Virus record (IMG/VR): IMGVR_UViG_3300045988_027632
DNA length: 50,337 bases
Source: a virus
Reading direction: 5' to 3' (one strand)
This document shows positions 7,169 through 17,343 of the stretch, piece by piece. The notes below the pieces were generated by a model. That model searched no databases. It saw only the letters and a program-made list of their open reading frames with translations, and had not been told where the DNA came from. The position numbers and the translations under genes were made by a program. The stretch's first letter is position 1; each line of letters begins with the position of its first letter.

Positions 7169-7796
7169 CTTTCATTTCCTTTCTGATAGATTTATTGGAA
7201 ATCCCTGCAAGTTGGCCGTGGGTCAAAGGCAGAAGATCACCATACGGGGTGGGGACATGGGCCTGAAGTTCTTCCGTTCTCACTTCATAATGGGTGTACC
7301 AAGCAAGCTGGGCATGGGTGAAGCCCTTCAGGGTTTCATGGATATTGAACAACTGTTGAACTTGCAAAACCAAATTGACGGGGGCAACCCGTTCAAGAAG
7401 GTTTTGAACATCTTCAAAGTTCTTCTTTGCGGCCACGCCAACCTTCACAAGAAGGGTGTAATCCGTGACTTCCGCCGAAGAATTACCGGGGCCGCACAGG
7501 TTTTCCAAGATCACCCGAAGCTGGGGCAAGGTGTACGGAAGTTCTTCATTCAACCGGGCCAGCACACGAAAGCGCCGATCATCCAAGGTATCTGTTCCCT
7601 TGGGGGTAATACCCAAGATTTTTTCCCACCGGGACAACCCAAGGTTTCCAGCGGTTTTGATGAACTGGTTTACAAGAAGATCATCCGCCGCCGCCCAAGC
7701 GGTTTCAAACTCCGGTTGTTCGGCTCCGGTGATCCCTTGAAATTCCGCATAGTCCCGGACAACATAGGGAAGGTAATTGATTAGTTTGCGATCCAT
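7161..7796 (-). CDS. Baseplate/tail-fibre-proximal protein (XkdU-like by synteny)
   Basis: 211 aa. Sits between the baseplate J-like gene and the tail fibre. 8-nt overlap with the fibre start. Confidence 0.55.
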   Translation of the reverse strand: MDRKLINYLPYVVRDYAEFQGITGAEQPEFETAWAAADDLLVNQFIKTAGNLGLSRWEKILGITPKGTDTLDDRRFRVLARLNEELPYTLPQLRVILENLCGPGNSSAEVTDYTLLVKVGVAAKKNFEDVQNLLERVAPVNLVLQVQQLFNIHETLKGFTHAQLAWYTHYEVRTEELQAHVPTPYGDLLPLTHGQLAGISNKSIRKEMKDG

Positions 7797-7810
7797 TCAA
7801 TCACCTTCCC

Positions 7811-9040
7811 TTATAGGCTTTGGGTGCCAGTTGTCGGGGTAATCTCACCAAGAACCGGGATATAATCAAGGTTCAAGGTGTAGTTGGCCGCAAGGCCATT
7901 GATTTTGGTATCAGCAATATCCAAAATCCCGCTTACACCCAACAGGCGGCTTTCAATTTGGCTGACACGAACCACAAGGGCCTGTTCCTGATCCGCCCAT
8001 GTTTCGGACAGTTCTTCAAAGTACCCTTCAATGGTCTGTTCAACATAGGATTGAACATCTTCCCAACTCCACCCCTGCTGATAGGTCAGAGTAAAAGACA
8101 AATCCACGGTTTCACTTTTCACGCCTTCCACCTTCACCACATGGCCGATAGGGGCAGTTCCCAAGCCTTCCCCGGCGTTCTGAAGGGGGTCAACGGCGGT
8201 TTGTACCTGTTCCACAAGGGTTGTGGAAGGTACGCTGAAAGTGCTGTCAATGATAATCAGCTTCACGGTTCCGCCCACAGTCAGCTTGTTATTGATACCG
8301 GCTTCATACACCTTTACCAACCAAGCCTTGATTTCCTCGGACGCTTCCACGGTTGCCATCCATTCTGAAACCCCTTCCGGGGGAACCAGTTCAGCGGGGC
8401 GAATATCACCGTTCCAAGCCCGGTAAACCTTCACACCGCCAACGCCGGGGATTGCGTTCACCTTTTCGATATAGTCAATCCGGTTGCCGCCGAAGGCTTG
8501 GGCATTCAGGCTATCAAAATACCGCTGTCTGAAAACCTCGGTATCTTCTTCATCCTCACCGGGGATCAACAGGGCCGTAACCGTACAGGTTTCAAGCCCT
8601 TCAATGTATTCAATGGGAATCACTGTGGCCCCGTAGTCATTGCCAGCTTCCCCCGGTGTTTCACAGGTGATTTCATACACCCCTTCACCCCGTTCAGCGG
8701 AAACATAATAGTTCAGTTCCCCAATGGAAAAACGGGTGTTCAATGCCAAGTGCAAAGTGGCCGGGGTAATGGTCAACTGCAAAACAGCGGCGCTTGCGGG
8801 TTGGGGAGAAAGGCCCCGTTCCGCCGCTCTTTGGATCAGGTAAGGGCGGCTTGCCGTGTCCGCAAAGGTTTCATTCAAAACCGTGTCAAGCTGGATATAC
8901 AGATTTTGCAGTTCCACAGCGGCGGGGGCATTCCCAAGCCAAACCAGCGAACCTTCACGGGTGTCCAAATTGCTGTTGATGGACAAAGCCCGTTCCAGCA
9001 TCCGGGTCAGCAAAAGCGCATAGGTAATATTTTCATACAT
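7811..9040 (-). CDS. Baseplate J-like protein (XkdT-like)
   Basis: 409 aa. Position and size fit the PBSX-like baseplate block. Start overlaps the upstream stop. Confidence 0.7.
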   Translation of the reverse strand: MYENITYALLLTRMLERALSINSNLDTREGSLVWLGNAPAAVELQNLYIQLDTVLNETFADTASRPYLIQRAAERGLSPQPASAAVLQLTITPATLHLALNTRFSIGELNYYVSAERGEGVYEITCETPGEAGNDYGATVIPIEYIEGLETCTVTALLIPGEDEEDTEVFRQRYFDSLNAQAFGGNRIDYIEKVNAIPGVGGVKVYRAWNGDIRPAELVPPEGVSEWMATVEASEEIKAWLVKVYEAGINNKLTVGGTVKLIIIDSTFSVPSTTLVEQVQTAVDPLQNAGEGLGTAPIGHVVKVEGVKSETVDLSFTLTYQQGWSWEDVQSYVEQTIEGYFEELSETWADQEQALVVRVSQIESRLLGVSGILDIADTKINGLAANYTLNLDYIPVLGEITPTTGTQSL

Positions 9041-9447
9041 CAGATTTCCACCTCCATTTCCGTGAAAATGGGGCCAAAAATGCTGACCACTCGAAAAGTG
9101 GTCAGCACCTTTTTCTTGTTCACTTCAAATTGGAAATTGTCAACAGCGGTAATCCGGTCATCCTGAAGCAAGGCTTCTTTCACACTCCGTTCAATTTCAG
9201 GAATGCAGTAATCAACCGGCTTTCCAATCAGCCGCTTTTTTTCAAAACCATAATTCCAAGAGTAAATCAGCCATTCATACCGCTCCACATTCAGGATCAG
9301 GAAAACCGCCTGTTCCACGGCCTTTACTTGGTCAATGGTGCCGGTAATGGTCTTGGTATCATGGTTCATTTTGAATGTGCGGCTGGGAAGCACCGTAAAA
9401 GTGAAGTCCTGCCGCAAATCGTCTTGAACTTGTGGAATCATAGCCAT
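9040..9447 (-). CDS. Baseplate wedge protein (XkdS / gpW-gp25-like)
   Basis: 135 aa. Synteny within the Xkd-like baseplate block. Confidence 0.55.
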   Translation of the reverse strand: MAMIPQVQDDLRQDFTFTVLPSRTFKMNHDTKTITGTIDQVKAVEQAVFLILNVERYEWLIYSWNYGFEKKRLIGKPVDYCIPEIERSVKEALLQDDRITAVDNFQFEVNKKKVLTTFRVVSIFGPIFTEMEVEI

Positions 9448-9887
9448 TCCCCCTGCAAGGCCGGGTTCGGTGCAATCCGATCCAGCACCAAAAATTTCTT
9501 GCCCTTCTGAATCCGGGCCAAAACCACTTGATCCCCCACCACAAGGGCGTTGTGAACCTTGAACTTCTTCCGCCCCTGAATGGGGTGGTTGTGGTCAATA
9601 TCTTCAGCGGTGCCGCCCCCGGTGTAAGTGTCTGTTACCGGGTGGCCGTGGGTGATCACAACAGTTTGGTGGGAAACCGTCATATCAACTTCATAATCAG
9701 TCACATTGCGGGACAGCACCAACATTTTTTCAGTGTAAATTGCTTTCTGATCCACTTGGATTTTCAGCGGGGAAGCCGAAATCACCGTTCCAAACAGAAT
9801 GTGAACCGGCTTCCCGGCTTCCACCGCTTCCACAGCGGCCTTCTTGACCAGTTCCACAGCATTTGTCGGTTTAGGCAATGAACTCAC
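9438..9887 (-). CDS. Baseplate/spike-associated protein (XkdR-like)
   Basis: 149 aa. Synteny only. Confidence 0.5.
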   Translation of the reverse strand: MSSLPKPTNAVELVKKAAVEAVEAGKPVHILFGTVISASPLKIQVDQKAIYTEKMLVLSRNVTDYEVDMTVSHQTVVITHGHPVTDTYTGGGTAEDIDHNHPIQGRKKFKVHNALVVGDQVVLARIQKGKKFLVLDRIAPNPALQGEWL

Positions 9888-10833
9888 CCCCGATCAAGGT
9901 CAAATCCATGAAATGTTCATCCCCCTTGAAATTGTGAGTGACTTTTTCAACCATCAAATAGTTGTTGGTGATAATATCGCCCAAATCCAAGGAAACCACC
10001 ACAGCGGAACCGGCCCGAACCCGAACATCACCAAAGGCATTTTTCACAGTCAGCTTCCGGGTTTTTTGATCGTACAGTTTCAGAAGGGCGTTGGCTTTTG
10101 CGGCGGCTCCCGTGGCGGTCTGAAGTTCTTCATAATACTGAAGAACTCCCCAAGTGTTCATTTTTTCGCCGTCTTGGGCCACATACAATTCCCGCTTGCC
10201 GGTTTGCTCATTGTTATAGGCCAGCTTGATTTTATTGTAGGTCTGATCATCAATGCTGGAAGAATAATCAAAGGTTTCACCGGTTTCTGAATCAATCAGA
10301 AGGTTCAGTTTCATGGAATTGATATTCTTCAGGGTCAGCGCCCCGGCTTCATCGTACAAACAGTACAGTTGGCCGGTATTCAAAAGGGTTTCATCAAGGG
10401 CATTTTGGATCATGTCAAACAAGGTGCTGTTTTCTTCCACGATGGTTTCAATGGTGTACCCTGTATCTTCCACGCTCCCAAGGTTCAAGCGGAAATCCGT
10501 TGCGATCCGCTTCAGAAGGTCAGAAGCCTTCAGCCCTTCTTCTGTATAGGTGTCCTTGTTTTTCAGATACCGCAACTGATCATAGGCCACAACATCAATG
10601 GTAGGGCTATTCGCTTTCCGGCTCTTGGTGAACACAAAGCCATAGAACATGGTGGTTCCATCTACGGTGAACTTCACCGGGTTCCCTTCTTGGAAGTTCA
10701 AAACCCCGTCCTTGATCACCGTGAATTCCAGCTTGCCGGGGGTGCCTTTCCGCTCCAATGTCAGTGAAACCCCTTCTTCAACTACCGGATAATAGATGGT
10801 TGAACCATTCTGAATCAGAAGTTCAATGGACAA
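9871..10833 (-). CDS. Baseplate hub / late control D-like protein (XkdQ-like)
   Basis: 320 aa. Directly follows the LysM protein and tape measure, as in PBSX-like tails. Confidence 0.6.
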   Translation of the reverse strand: MSIELLIQNGSTIYYPVVEEGVSLTLERKGTPGKLEFTVIKDGVLNFQEGNPVKFTVDGTTMFYGFVFTKSRKANSPTIDVVAYDQLRYLKNKDTYTEEGLKASDLLKRIATDFRLNLGSVEDTGYTIETIVEENSTLFDMIQNALDETLLNTGQLYCLYDEAGALTLKNINSMKLNLLIDSETGETFDYSSSIDDQTYNKIKLAYNNEQTGKRELYVAQDGEKMNTWGVLQYYEELQTATGAAAKANALLKLYDQKTRKLTVKNAFGDVRVRAGSAVVVSLDLGDIITNNYLMVEKVTHNFKGDEHFMDLTLIGGEFIA

Positions 10834-10848
10834 GCGGAATCACCCCTT

Positions 10849-11520
10849 TCAGGAAGGCAAAGTAAGAACCTGACCGGCATAGATCAGGTTCGGGTTTGTG
10901 ATCTTATCTTTGTTCAGGTTATAGATTTCATTGTAGCGGGAACCATCCCCCAAATACTTCTTGGCGATATTCCAAAGGCAATCCCCGCTTTTCACCGTGT
11001 AGGTTGTCTGCTGGGGCGCTTGGCTGGTTTCTCGCTGGGGTTGCTCCACCGTGGCGGTGGGGGTTTCTGCGGGTGTTGGGGCCGGTTGAATGGTCACGGT
11101 TTTGGTGCCATAGTGCCTGTATTGCTTCAGGCTGACAGTAACCGTAATATCAAAGCCTTCTTCCGCATCGTCGGTGATTTGGTAATCCTCCATGCCCACC
11201 GTCAAATTGGTGTAGAACAACCGCTTTCCGCTGGGCATTGACCGGTTCAGGATGAATTGAAACGGTTCCTTGGAAGTTTTCAGCCGCTCGAACAGGGACA
11301 AATAATAATCGGCGGATTGCGCCCCGCCATTGGTGAAGGGATAGGAAACTTGGGGAAGAAGCAGATCAAAACTTACATCAGTCAACCCCGGTTCTTTCAG
11401 AATGTTGATTTCGTCACCATTGATCAGTGTCAGGGTATCATTCTGATTATTGATTTTCACCTTGACTTTAGAAGGGGTGATGGGCATAAGCACACCACCC
11501 AAATACATTGTGTATGCCAT
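10849..11520 (-). CDS. LysM-domain tail protein (XkdP-like)
   Basis: 223 aa. C-terminal LysM: YTVKSGDCLWNIAKKYLGDGSRYNEIYNLNKDKITNPNLIYAGQVLTLP. Confidence 0.8.
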   Translation of the reverse strand: MAYTMYLGGVLMPITPSKVKVKINNQNDTLTLINGDEINILKEPGLTDVSFDLLLPQVSYPFTNGGAQSADYYLSLFERLKTSKEPFQFILNRSMPSGKRLFYTNLTVGMEDYQITDDAEEGFDITVTVSLKQYRHYGTKTVTIQPAPTPAETPTATVEQPQRETSQAPQQTTYTVKSGDCLWNIAKKYLGDGSRYNEIYNLNKDKITNPNLIYAGQVLTLPS

Positions 11521-13661
11521 TACTCATGCACCCCTTCTTCAGACACATCAAGTTTGGTGGCAAAATCATTGGCCCAAGCGTCCATGATCCCGTCCAAATC
11601 AGTATCTTGGCTGATATAGTTGGTGTTTTGCTGTTCAACCCTGATTTCAGCGGTGGTGAACCGGTTGATTGCTTCCCGCTCGGCAATATCCCGCATATAG
11701 GCCAAATCTTCTTCAGCAATATCAAGGGCATCACTCATAGCGGCGGTATTTCCTGCCGTGTCGCCGGTGTTTCCATAGATACCATCAAGGGTGTTGCCAA
11801 GGCCGTAAGCGTCCAGCGCATCGGCTCCCAAGCTGTCCATTGCGGAAAAGTCAAACAAGCCGCCCACGGTATCTTCCACGCCTTGGCCGAACTCATAGCC
11901 CATATCAAAGGCGGCTCCATACTCGAAGCGCCCCAATTTCAGATCATCGGCGTTCAGCTTTTCCATGACTTCTTCACCCTTGCCGAAGGTGGAATCCACC
12001 CAACCGCCCAAGCTGTCACGCCAGCCTTGGACGGAACCGGCAAGGTTAGAACCGAAGATGGTATCAATGGCCGAAGCCAAAGCCTGAAGGACGGACAGAA
12101 CCGTGTCCGCCAAATCGAAAAACAGACGGGCCACAGCCGCAACCGGATCATTGAACACATTCCCGATGAAGTTTGCAACCGTAGCCACAAGGTTATAGAT
12201 CATCACGAACACATCTACAACCAAGTTCCACAGGGCCACAAAGATGTTCCCGATGAAGGCCAGCGCCGCCATAAATGCGCCACAGATCAGGCCGGTTGCG
12301 GAAACGCTGGTTCCGGCAAAGTGGTTGACCGCCGCCACAGCCGCATAGAACAGTGCTACAAGGGCAATGATCAGAATGATGATCCACACCAAGGGACAAG
12401 CATACATGGCCGCATTCAGGCCGTATTGGGCCGTTACTTGCGCCCAAGTCGCACCAGTAACCAACATGGTTGCCGCCGCCATAATGCCCTTGGCAACGGC
12501 CACAGCTCCGGAAACAGCCGCCGAAGCCAATTCAGCGCCCCTTACCAGAAGCAACCGCCCATAGTACACGCCAAGGGCGGCGGCGACACCAAGGATGATG
12601 GGGGACAGCCAAGACCAGTTATCAACCACCACGGAAGCAACATTGATCAGCAAGTCAAGAATCACAGTTGCCACAGAAGCAACCCCGGCCAGTCCGTTGA
12701 TGATCCCATCGGTAACTTTGGTAAACTGTTCACTGTTGGCAATCTGATTGATCTTTGTCAGAATAGGGTTGAAAATAGACAGGGCCTTATTTTGCATGGA
12801 AGTCCAAATTTGCGCCCAAGTCTTGGGCATACTCTCAAACTTGGCGTTGGTTTCATCAGCCGCCGCAAACATGGCATTTTTCACCACTTCAGCGGTGATC
12901 AACCCCTGTTCCGCATAAGACTTGATAGAACCTTCCGCAATGCCCATATAACTTTCAATGGCTCTTGCAATTCCGGGGGCATTTTCCAAAATGGAATTCA
13001 GTTCTTCACCACGCAACGCACCAGCGGCCATAGCTTGGGTAAGCTGAAGCATTGCGGCGGCTTGGCCTTGGGCAGAAGCACCGCCAATCACGAATTGCTT
13101 ATTGATTTGCTCCATGAAGGCAATGATTTCATCCGTGTTGGCGAAAGCGGCCCCGGCATTGGAACCCAAACTTGCAATGGCCGAAGCGGTGTCAAAATAT
13201 GCGGATCGGGAACGCTGGGCAGAAGCCATAATCTTCTTTTCCAGTTCGGAAACCGAACCGCCATCATCCACAATCAGGTTCAACCTTGCCCGTGTGCTTG
13301 CCAGATCATCAGAAATTCCAATGATTTTCTTTGCCGCCGCCAATCCGCCAACCGTGGCCGCAATGCCCTTTAGTTTGCTCCAAAGGCCATCAGCGGCGGT
13401 GGTGCCATCCCTGATCCGCCGATTGAAGCGGTCTTGCTGGTTGCCAGCTTCCCGGATATTCTGTTCAATGGAATCGAAGGCGGCCCCGGCTCTTGCCAGT
13501 TCTTCACGGGCTTCTTGGATGGACGAAACATCAACCGAATTCCCGGAAGCCCGTTGCATGGCTTCAAAGCTGTTCAACACAATGTTCATGGCCTTGTGCA
13601 TGGCCTGAAGGGGCGCTGTCACGCCATCATACAGGGCAATAGCGGTTCTGATAGTTGCCAA
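11520..13661 (-). CDS. Tail tape measure protein
   Basis: 713 aa. Ala/Gly-rich helical N-terminus and a hydrophobic central block. Follows the chaperone pair. TTG start with RBS gaaggtga. Confidence 0.85.
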   Translation of the reverse strand: MATIRTAIALYDGVTAPLQAMHKAMNIVLNSFEAMQRASGNSVDVSSIQEAREELARAGAAFDSIEQNIREAGNQQDRFNRRIRDGTTAADGLWSKLKGIAATVGGLAAAKKIIGISDDLASTRARLNLIVDDGGSVSELEKKIMASAQRSRSAYFDTASAIASLGSNAGAAFANTDEIIAFMEQINKQFVIGGASAQGQAAAMLQLTQAMAAGALRGEELNSILENAPGIARAIESYMGIAEGSIKSYAEQGLITAEVVKNAMFAAADETNAKFESMPKTWAQIWTSMQNKALSIFNPILTKINQIANSEQFTKVTDGIINGLAGVASVATVILDLLINVASVVVDNWSWLSPIILGVAAALGVYYGRLLLVRGAELASAAVSGAVAVAKGIMAAATMLVTGATWAQVTAQYGLNAAMYACPLVWIIILIIALVALFYAAVAAVNHFAGTSVSATGLICGAFMAALAFIGNIFVALWNLVVDVFVMIYNLVATVANFIGNVFNDPVAAVARLFFDLADTVLSVLQALASAIDTIFGSNLAGSVQGWRDSLGGWVDSTFGKGEEVMEKLNADDLKLGRFEYGAAFDMGYEFGQGVEDTVGGLFDFSAMDSLGADALDAYGLGNTLDGIYGNTGDTAGNTAAMSDALDIAEEDLAYMRDIAEREAINRFTTAEIRVEQQNTNYISQDTDLDGIMDAWANDFATKLDVSEEGVHE

Positions 13662-13702
13662 TGGGGTTCACCTTCTTTCCATAGGAAAACCGGGGCCAGC
13701 AG

Positions 13703-14328
13703 TTATTTTTTCCTGCGGCCCCGGCGCTGTTTCCGTTCAATTTCTTTCTGTTTCTTCTTTTCCCGCTCAACCCGAATATCAATAGCGGCAATAATAAAAG
13801 CCCGTTCTTGCCGGTCAAGGTTGAAAAATTGGGAAGGTGTCAAATGCAGTTCGTGAAGGCAATAGTAAGCGATATTCGCTTCACTATCACCTTCTTCAAT
13901 TAGTTTTTTGCCTCGTCCACCTCGTCTTGAAGGGTGGTTTCAAACCCGCAAACCTCCTGAACCTTTTGCAGATAGTCCGCATACTCGCCGGGGGTCAGCA
14001 TGGTTTTCAGAAGGGCTTCAGCGCCCATAACCTTGTAGCTGTCCTGAAGTTCCTTATTGTTCAAGTCGGGGAACACCGTACAGGCCACAGCCAGCTTCCC
14101 AAGGTACATATCATAGTCAGTTTCTTTCTGATACTGGTTCTTCTTACCGGGAACAGGAACCCGCTTGGCACAGGCTTTCCGAAGGGCTTCATCCTCGGTG
14201 CCGGTGATAGCCTGAATCTCCCATTCCATAGGCTTCTTGGTGTTTTCATCCACAAACCGCTTGGAAGGGACAAACTTCACATTCTCAACCTTCAGGGCGT
14301 TTTTCGCCAGAAAAGCAGTAAGGCTCAT
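13703..14328 (-). CDS. Tail assembly chaperone, -1 frameshift-extended form
   Basis: The -1 frame after A AAA AAC stays open for 66 codons (KKLIEEGDSEANIAYYCLHELHLTPSQFFNLDRQERAFIIAAIDIRVEREKKKQKEIERKQRRGRRKK*). It has no start codon of its own. Confidence 0.6.
13900..14328 (-). CDS. Tail assembly chaperone (XkdN-like), short form
   Basis: 142 aa from ATG 14328 (RBS aggagg). Lies between the tube and tape measure genes. Ends ..DEVDEAKN* on the slippery heptamer. Confidence 0.75.
   Translation of the reverse strand: MSLTAFLAKNALKVENVKFVPSKRFVDENTKKPMEWEIQAITGTEDEALRKACAKRVPVPGKKNQYQKETDYDMYLGKLAVACTVFPDLNNKELQDSYKVMGAEALLKTMLTPGEYADYLQKVQEVCGFETTLQDEVDEAKN
13903..13909 (-). promoter_or_regulatory. 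Canonical -1 slippery heptamer A AAA AAC
   Basis: Zero-frame codons are GCA AAA AAC TAA, immediately before the chaperone stop codon. Confidence 0.65.
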
Positions 14329-14364
14329 TGATAAAATCCTCCTATTTTGAAATTGAAAAAAGAA

Positions 14365-14400
14365 AAAACCCGCCCACATTTACAAAATGGGGCGGGTTTT
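14365..14400 (-). terminator. Strong rho-independent terminator after the tail tube gene (bidirectional shape)
   Basis: Perfect 11-bp stem aaaacccgccc/gggcgggtttt with a 14-nt loop. Followed on the - strand by a T-rich run (TTCTTTTTT). Confidence 0.7.
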
Positions 14401-14407
14401 GACAGTG

Positions 14408-14878
14408 TTACTCCATTCCCGCCAGCATGGTGAAGGCTTCCGGCATCTCGAAGTCCTCAAAGGTGAAGTCCATATCTTCATCCAAGTATTCTGCATCAGC
14501 ATCAAACTTGGCAAGAATACCGCCATCAATATTGCAATCCTTCAGGATCACGGTTTGACGGCCCACGGAAGAAGTGGGATCTTCATTGGTCACTTGAATG
14601 TCAAAATAGACATCCTCGCCGGTGTCCTTGTACTGCTTCATCATCTGCCGGAAGATGGAAGTGTTATAGTGGAAGGTTGCGGAACCCGTACCACTCCAAC
14701 CGGTGGATTTATTGCCTTTACCGGTCTTGCCCAAAATGGGGATTTTCGTCTTGTTCTTCTCGAAGTTGGCTTCAAGGTTGATAGCCTGCATGAAGTTATA
14801 ACGGTTGTCCCCAATGGTCACAAAGCATTCAGCCAAAGAAGCGGAAATAGCGTCTTTGGCGTGCATTACAGTTGCCAT
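14408..14878 (-). CDS. Tail tube protein (XkdM-like)
   Basis: 156 aa, directly after the sheath gene. Sequence resembles XkdM-type tube proteins. Confidence 0.8.
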   Translation of the reverse strand: MATVMHAKDAISASLAECFVTIGDNRYNFMQAINLEANFEKNKTKIPILGKTGKGNKSTGWSGTGSATFHYNTSIFRQMMKQYKDTGEDVYFDIQVTNEDPTSSVGRQTVILKDCNIDGGILAKFDADAEYLDEDMDFTFEDFEMPEAFTMLAGME

Positions 14879-14894
14879 TATCTACACCCCTTTC

Positions 14895-16211
14895 TTACTG
14901 AACATAGACGGTCATGTAAAGCTGGGCCATAGCGTTGACCGGGGTAACATAGTCCGTCACCACAACGGCCTTCTTGGTATCGCCTTGGGCAACCGTCACA
15001 TTGTCCGGGTTGAAATCCTCAATGGCTCTGATATTCTGAAGTTCTTGGTGGTGCTTCACAATATCGTTCCACAGGCTAATCCGCCCGGAAGCATCGTTGG
15101 GAACCTTGCCAATGTACTTGGTGCCGAACAGAACCGCAATATCATTGGCAATCTGATCCAAAACCCGGATGGTTTGGTTGCTGGAAAAGTCAGCGGATTT
15201 TTCATCCGTCACGGAAACAAAGGTGTTAATATCCTCCAACACCCTGACTTCATCATCAACCAAGTGGAACATGAAGGAACCTTCCAGAATACCGTTTTCC
15301 AGTTCGGTTTGCGTGTAGTCGGTATCAACTTCATATTCGCCATCATAGGTCATATTGGTGGCAGACTTGTTCACAGCGGTTCCAGCAACCACACCGGTTG
15401 CCCAAGGAATCAGGGCGGCGCTTTCGGTATTACCAACAATACCGTTCTTCACGCTCACCACGCCTTCAAAGTCCGCCAGATTGCGGAAAGTAACCACCTG
15501 AAACTTCTTGCCCACTTCATCCCGAAGGCGCTTGCAGTAGGACACGAACAGATCAGCCAAGGTGGATTTGGTGGCTGGGCAACCCATAGCGTTGAAGGTA
15601 TAGGCTTCCATCTTATCCAAATAGGTCTGATAGGTGGAATCTTCCACAGTGCCGTTGGCTCCATTGGTCAAGGGCGTGGTGGCAGTCAGGGCAATGGTAG
15701 CGGTGGAAACAAAATCCACAAAATCATTGCTTTTCAGATCAGACATTTGGGAAATACCCTTTTGCTGATCCACCTGAACCGTCCCAAGGAAGGTGGAAAC
15801 ATCATACAGTTTCGCTTCCGCTTGGCTATTCTCGTTTTCCTCAATGACAATGCGAAGATCATTGCCACGGGTGCCGGGGTATTTGGCCGTTGCATAGGTG
15901 CAAGAAGCCTTGGTGCCAGAAGCGTTCAAACGGAAGAAGTGGACGGTTTGGGCGTGTTTGAAAATCTCACGCATGGGCTTCAGTTCATCCGCCGTGTACG
16001 CATAGCCGAAAATCTTTTGGGAATCCTTCTGGAAATCCCCAAGTTCAACGGTGATAACCTCACCTTCAGGCCCCCAATTCATTTCAAGGGGGATGGTTGC
16101 AATACCACGATCAGAGAGGGTGGCGCTTGCGTTCGCAACCGAAATGAAGTTGATATATGCACCGGGCAGAATTTTGTTCTGCGTCAAAAAAGTGCCGCCG
16201 CCAAGGGCCAT
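14895..16211 (-). CDS. Contractile tail sheath protein
   Basis: 438 aa. N-terminus MALGGGTFLTQNKILPGAYINF is typical of phage sheath proteins. Confidence 0.85.
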   Translation of the reverse strand: MALGGGTFLTQNKILPGAYINFISVANASATLSDRGIATIPLEMNWGPEGEVITVELGDFQKDSQKIFGYAYTADELKPMREIFKHAQTVHFFRLNASGTKASCTYATAKYPGTRGNDLRIVIEENENSQAEAKLYDVSTFLGTVQVDQQKGISQMSDLKSNDFVDFVSTATIALTATTPLTNGANGTVEDSTYQTYLDKMEAYTFNAMGCPATKSTLADLFVSYCKRLRDEVGKKFQVVTFRNLADFEGVVSVKNGIVGNTESAALIPWATGVVAGTAVNKSATNMTYDGEYEVDTDYTQTELENGILEGSFMFHLVDDEVRVLEDINTFVSVTDEKSADFSSNQTIRVLDQIANDIAVLFGTKYIGKVPNDASGRISLWNDIVKHHQELQNIRAIEDFNPDNVTVAQGDTKKAVVVTDYVTPVNAMAQLYMTVYVQ

Positions 16212-16212
16212 A

Positions 16213-16431
16213 TCAATTCACCTTGCCTTTCTTGAAAAAATCTTGAAGCAAGCTGTCCACTTGCTCCATCGTGTATTCCTCCCCATCCTTCAGCAAGACG
16301 GACAGAAGATCACGCCGCTTGGCGTATCGCTTGAAGGTCAGGATATTCCGCTTGGTGAAAACCGGGACATTGGAAACAGGCGGGGCCACTTCCTCCGTCT
16401 TGGGTTTTCTGGTTTTGCTGGTTGTAGGCAT
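16213..16431 (-). CDS. Hypothetical small protein upstream of sheath
   Basis: 72-aa ORF, tightly packed between neighbours. Confidence 0.55.
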   Translation of the reverse strand: MPTTSKTRKPKTEEVAPPVSNVPVFTKRNILTFKRYAKRRDLLSVLLKDGEEYTMEQVDSLLQDFFKKGKVN

Positions 16432-16433
16432 TT

Positions 16434-16868
16434 TTAATCCCCTCCAATAGTTCCAACCTCGGTTTCCAAGGTTTCCATATAGGTTTCTTCTGCGGGGCGG
16501 ATCATGGGCAAGTTGTAGTTCACAAAATAGTGAAGAACATTGTCCACAACCTCATAATTCACACTGGTTCCATGAAGAAGATCACCGTTGGGAAGCGTGA
16601 TGAAGTCCAAGGCTTCCATCATCGTTTCCGCAACGGTGAACATTTCCGCATTATTGCGGGGGTTGGTCGGGAAATACTGAATGTCAAACGGGTTCACTTT
16701 GATGAAGCGCCGCCCAAGCATCGGGGTAATTTCCGGTTGCAAAACGGCAATCAAAAAACAGGGTTCTTGCAAACCCTGTTCCACATCATTCTGATAGATT
16801 TCATACCCATCCCCGAAGGCGGCGTTCAGTGTCATTGAAATTCCTTTGATAATTTCATTAAGCATCAA
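16434..16868 (-). CDS. Tail completion / tail terminator-like protein
   Basis: 144 aa. Assigned by position in the head-tail joining block. Confidence 0.5.
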   Translation of the reverse strand: MMLNEIIKGISMTLNAAFGDGYEIYQNDVEQGLQEPCFLIAVLQPEITPMLGRRFIKVNPFDIQYFPTNPRNNAEMFTVAETMMEALDFITLPNGDLLHGTSVNYEVVDNVLHYFVNYNLPMIRPAEETYMETLETEVGTIGGD

Positions 16869-17343
16869 AACACCCCTTCAGGAACTTATACAACTTCTTT
16901 TCCAGTATTTTAGGCGCTTGCTGTTCCAACTCTTGTGTGGAAATTGTCAGCATATAGCGCCCCTTCACCCAATTCTTCTTCAGCACCATCCCGCCTTCTG
17001 CATCGGGATCATAAACAAAGCGGTCACTTTCCCAATAGCCGGGAATAAACCGCCCCGGCTCCTGCCGGTGGCCGTACTCGACATAGGACGCATATTGAAG
17101 GTTGTTCAGCACAACAACGGTGTAATGGGTTCCACGGTGGCCCACGGGCATTACTGCCCAAGCATCCCGCAAAGTGCCATATACAACCGGTGTCCGCTTC
17201 ACAACCTTGTTCAGTAAGCGCCCCGCCAACTCTTGGGCGGCTTGGCGGCAAAACCGATCCAAGTCAGCGCCCATCAGTTTTTCCATGTTCTTGTTCAGCC
17301 GTTCCAGTTGCTTGAAATCGCATTTACCCCACTTTGCCATCAA
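16858..17343 (-). CDS. HK97 gp10-like head-tail joining protein
   Basis: 161 aa. ..LAGRLLNKVVKRTPVVYGTLRDAW.. resembles the HK97 gp10 family. Confidence 0.6.
   Translation of the reverse strand: MMAKWGKCDFKQLERLNKNMEKLMGADLDRFCRQAAQELAGRLLNKVVKRTPVVYGTLRDAWAVMPVGHRGTHYTVVVLNNLQYASYVEYGHRQEPGRFIPGYWESDRFVYDPDAEGGMVLKKNWVKGRYMLTISTQELEQQAPKILEKKLYKFLKGCFDA

Noticed and set aside
13627-13818. 63-aa - strand ORF between the chaperone and tape-measure genes
   Set aside because: It overlaps the tape-measure start and has an implausible composition. The same region is better explained by the start-less -1 frame extension of the chaperone after the A AAA AAC heptamer.
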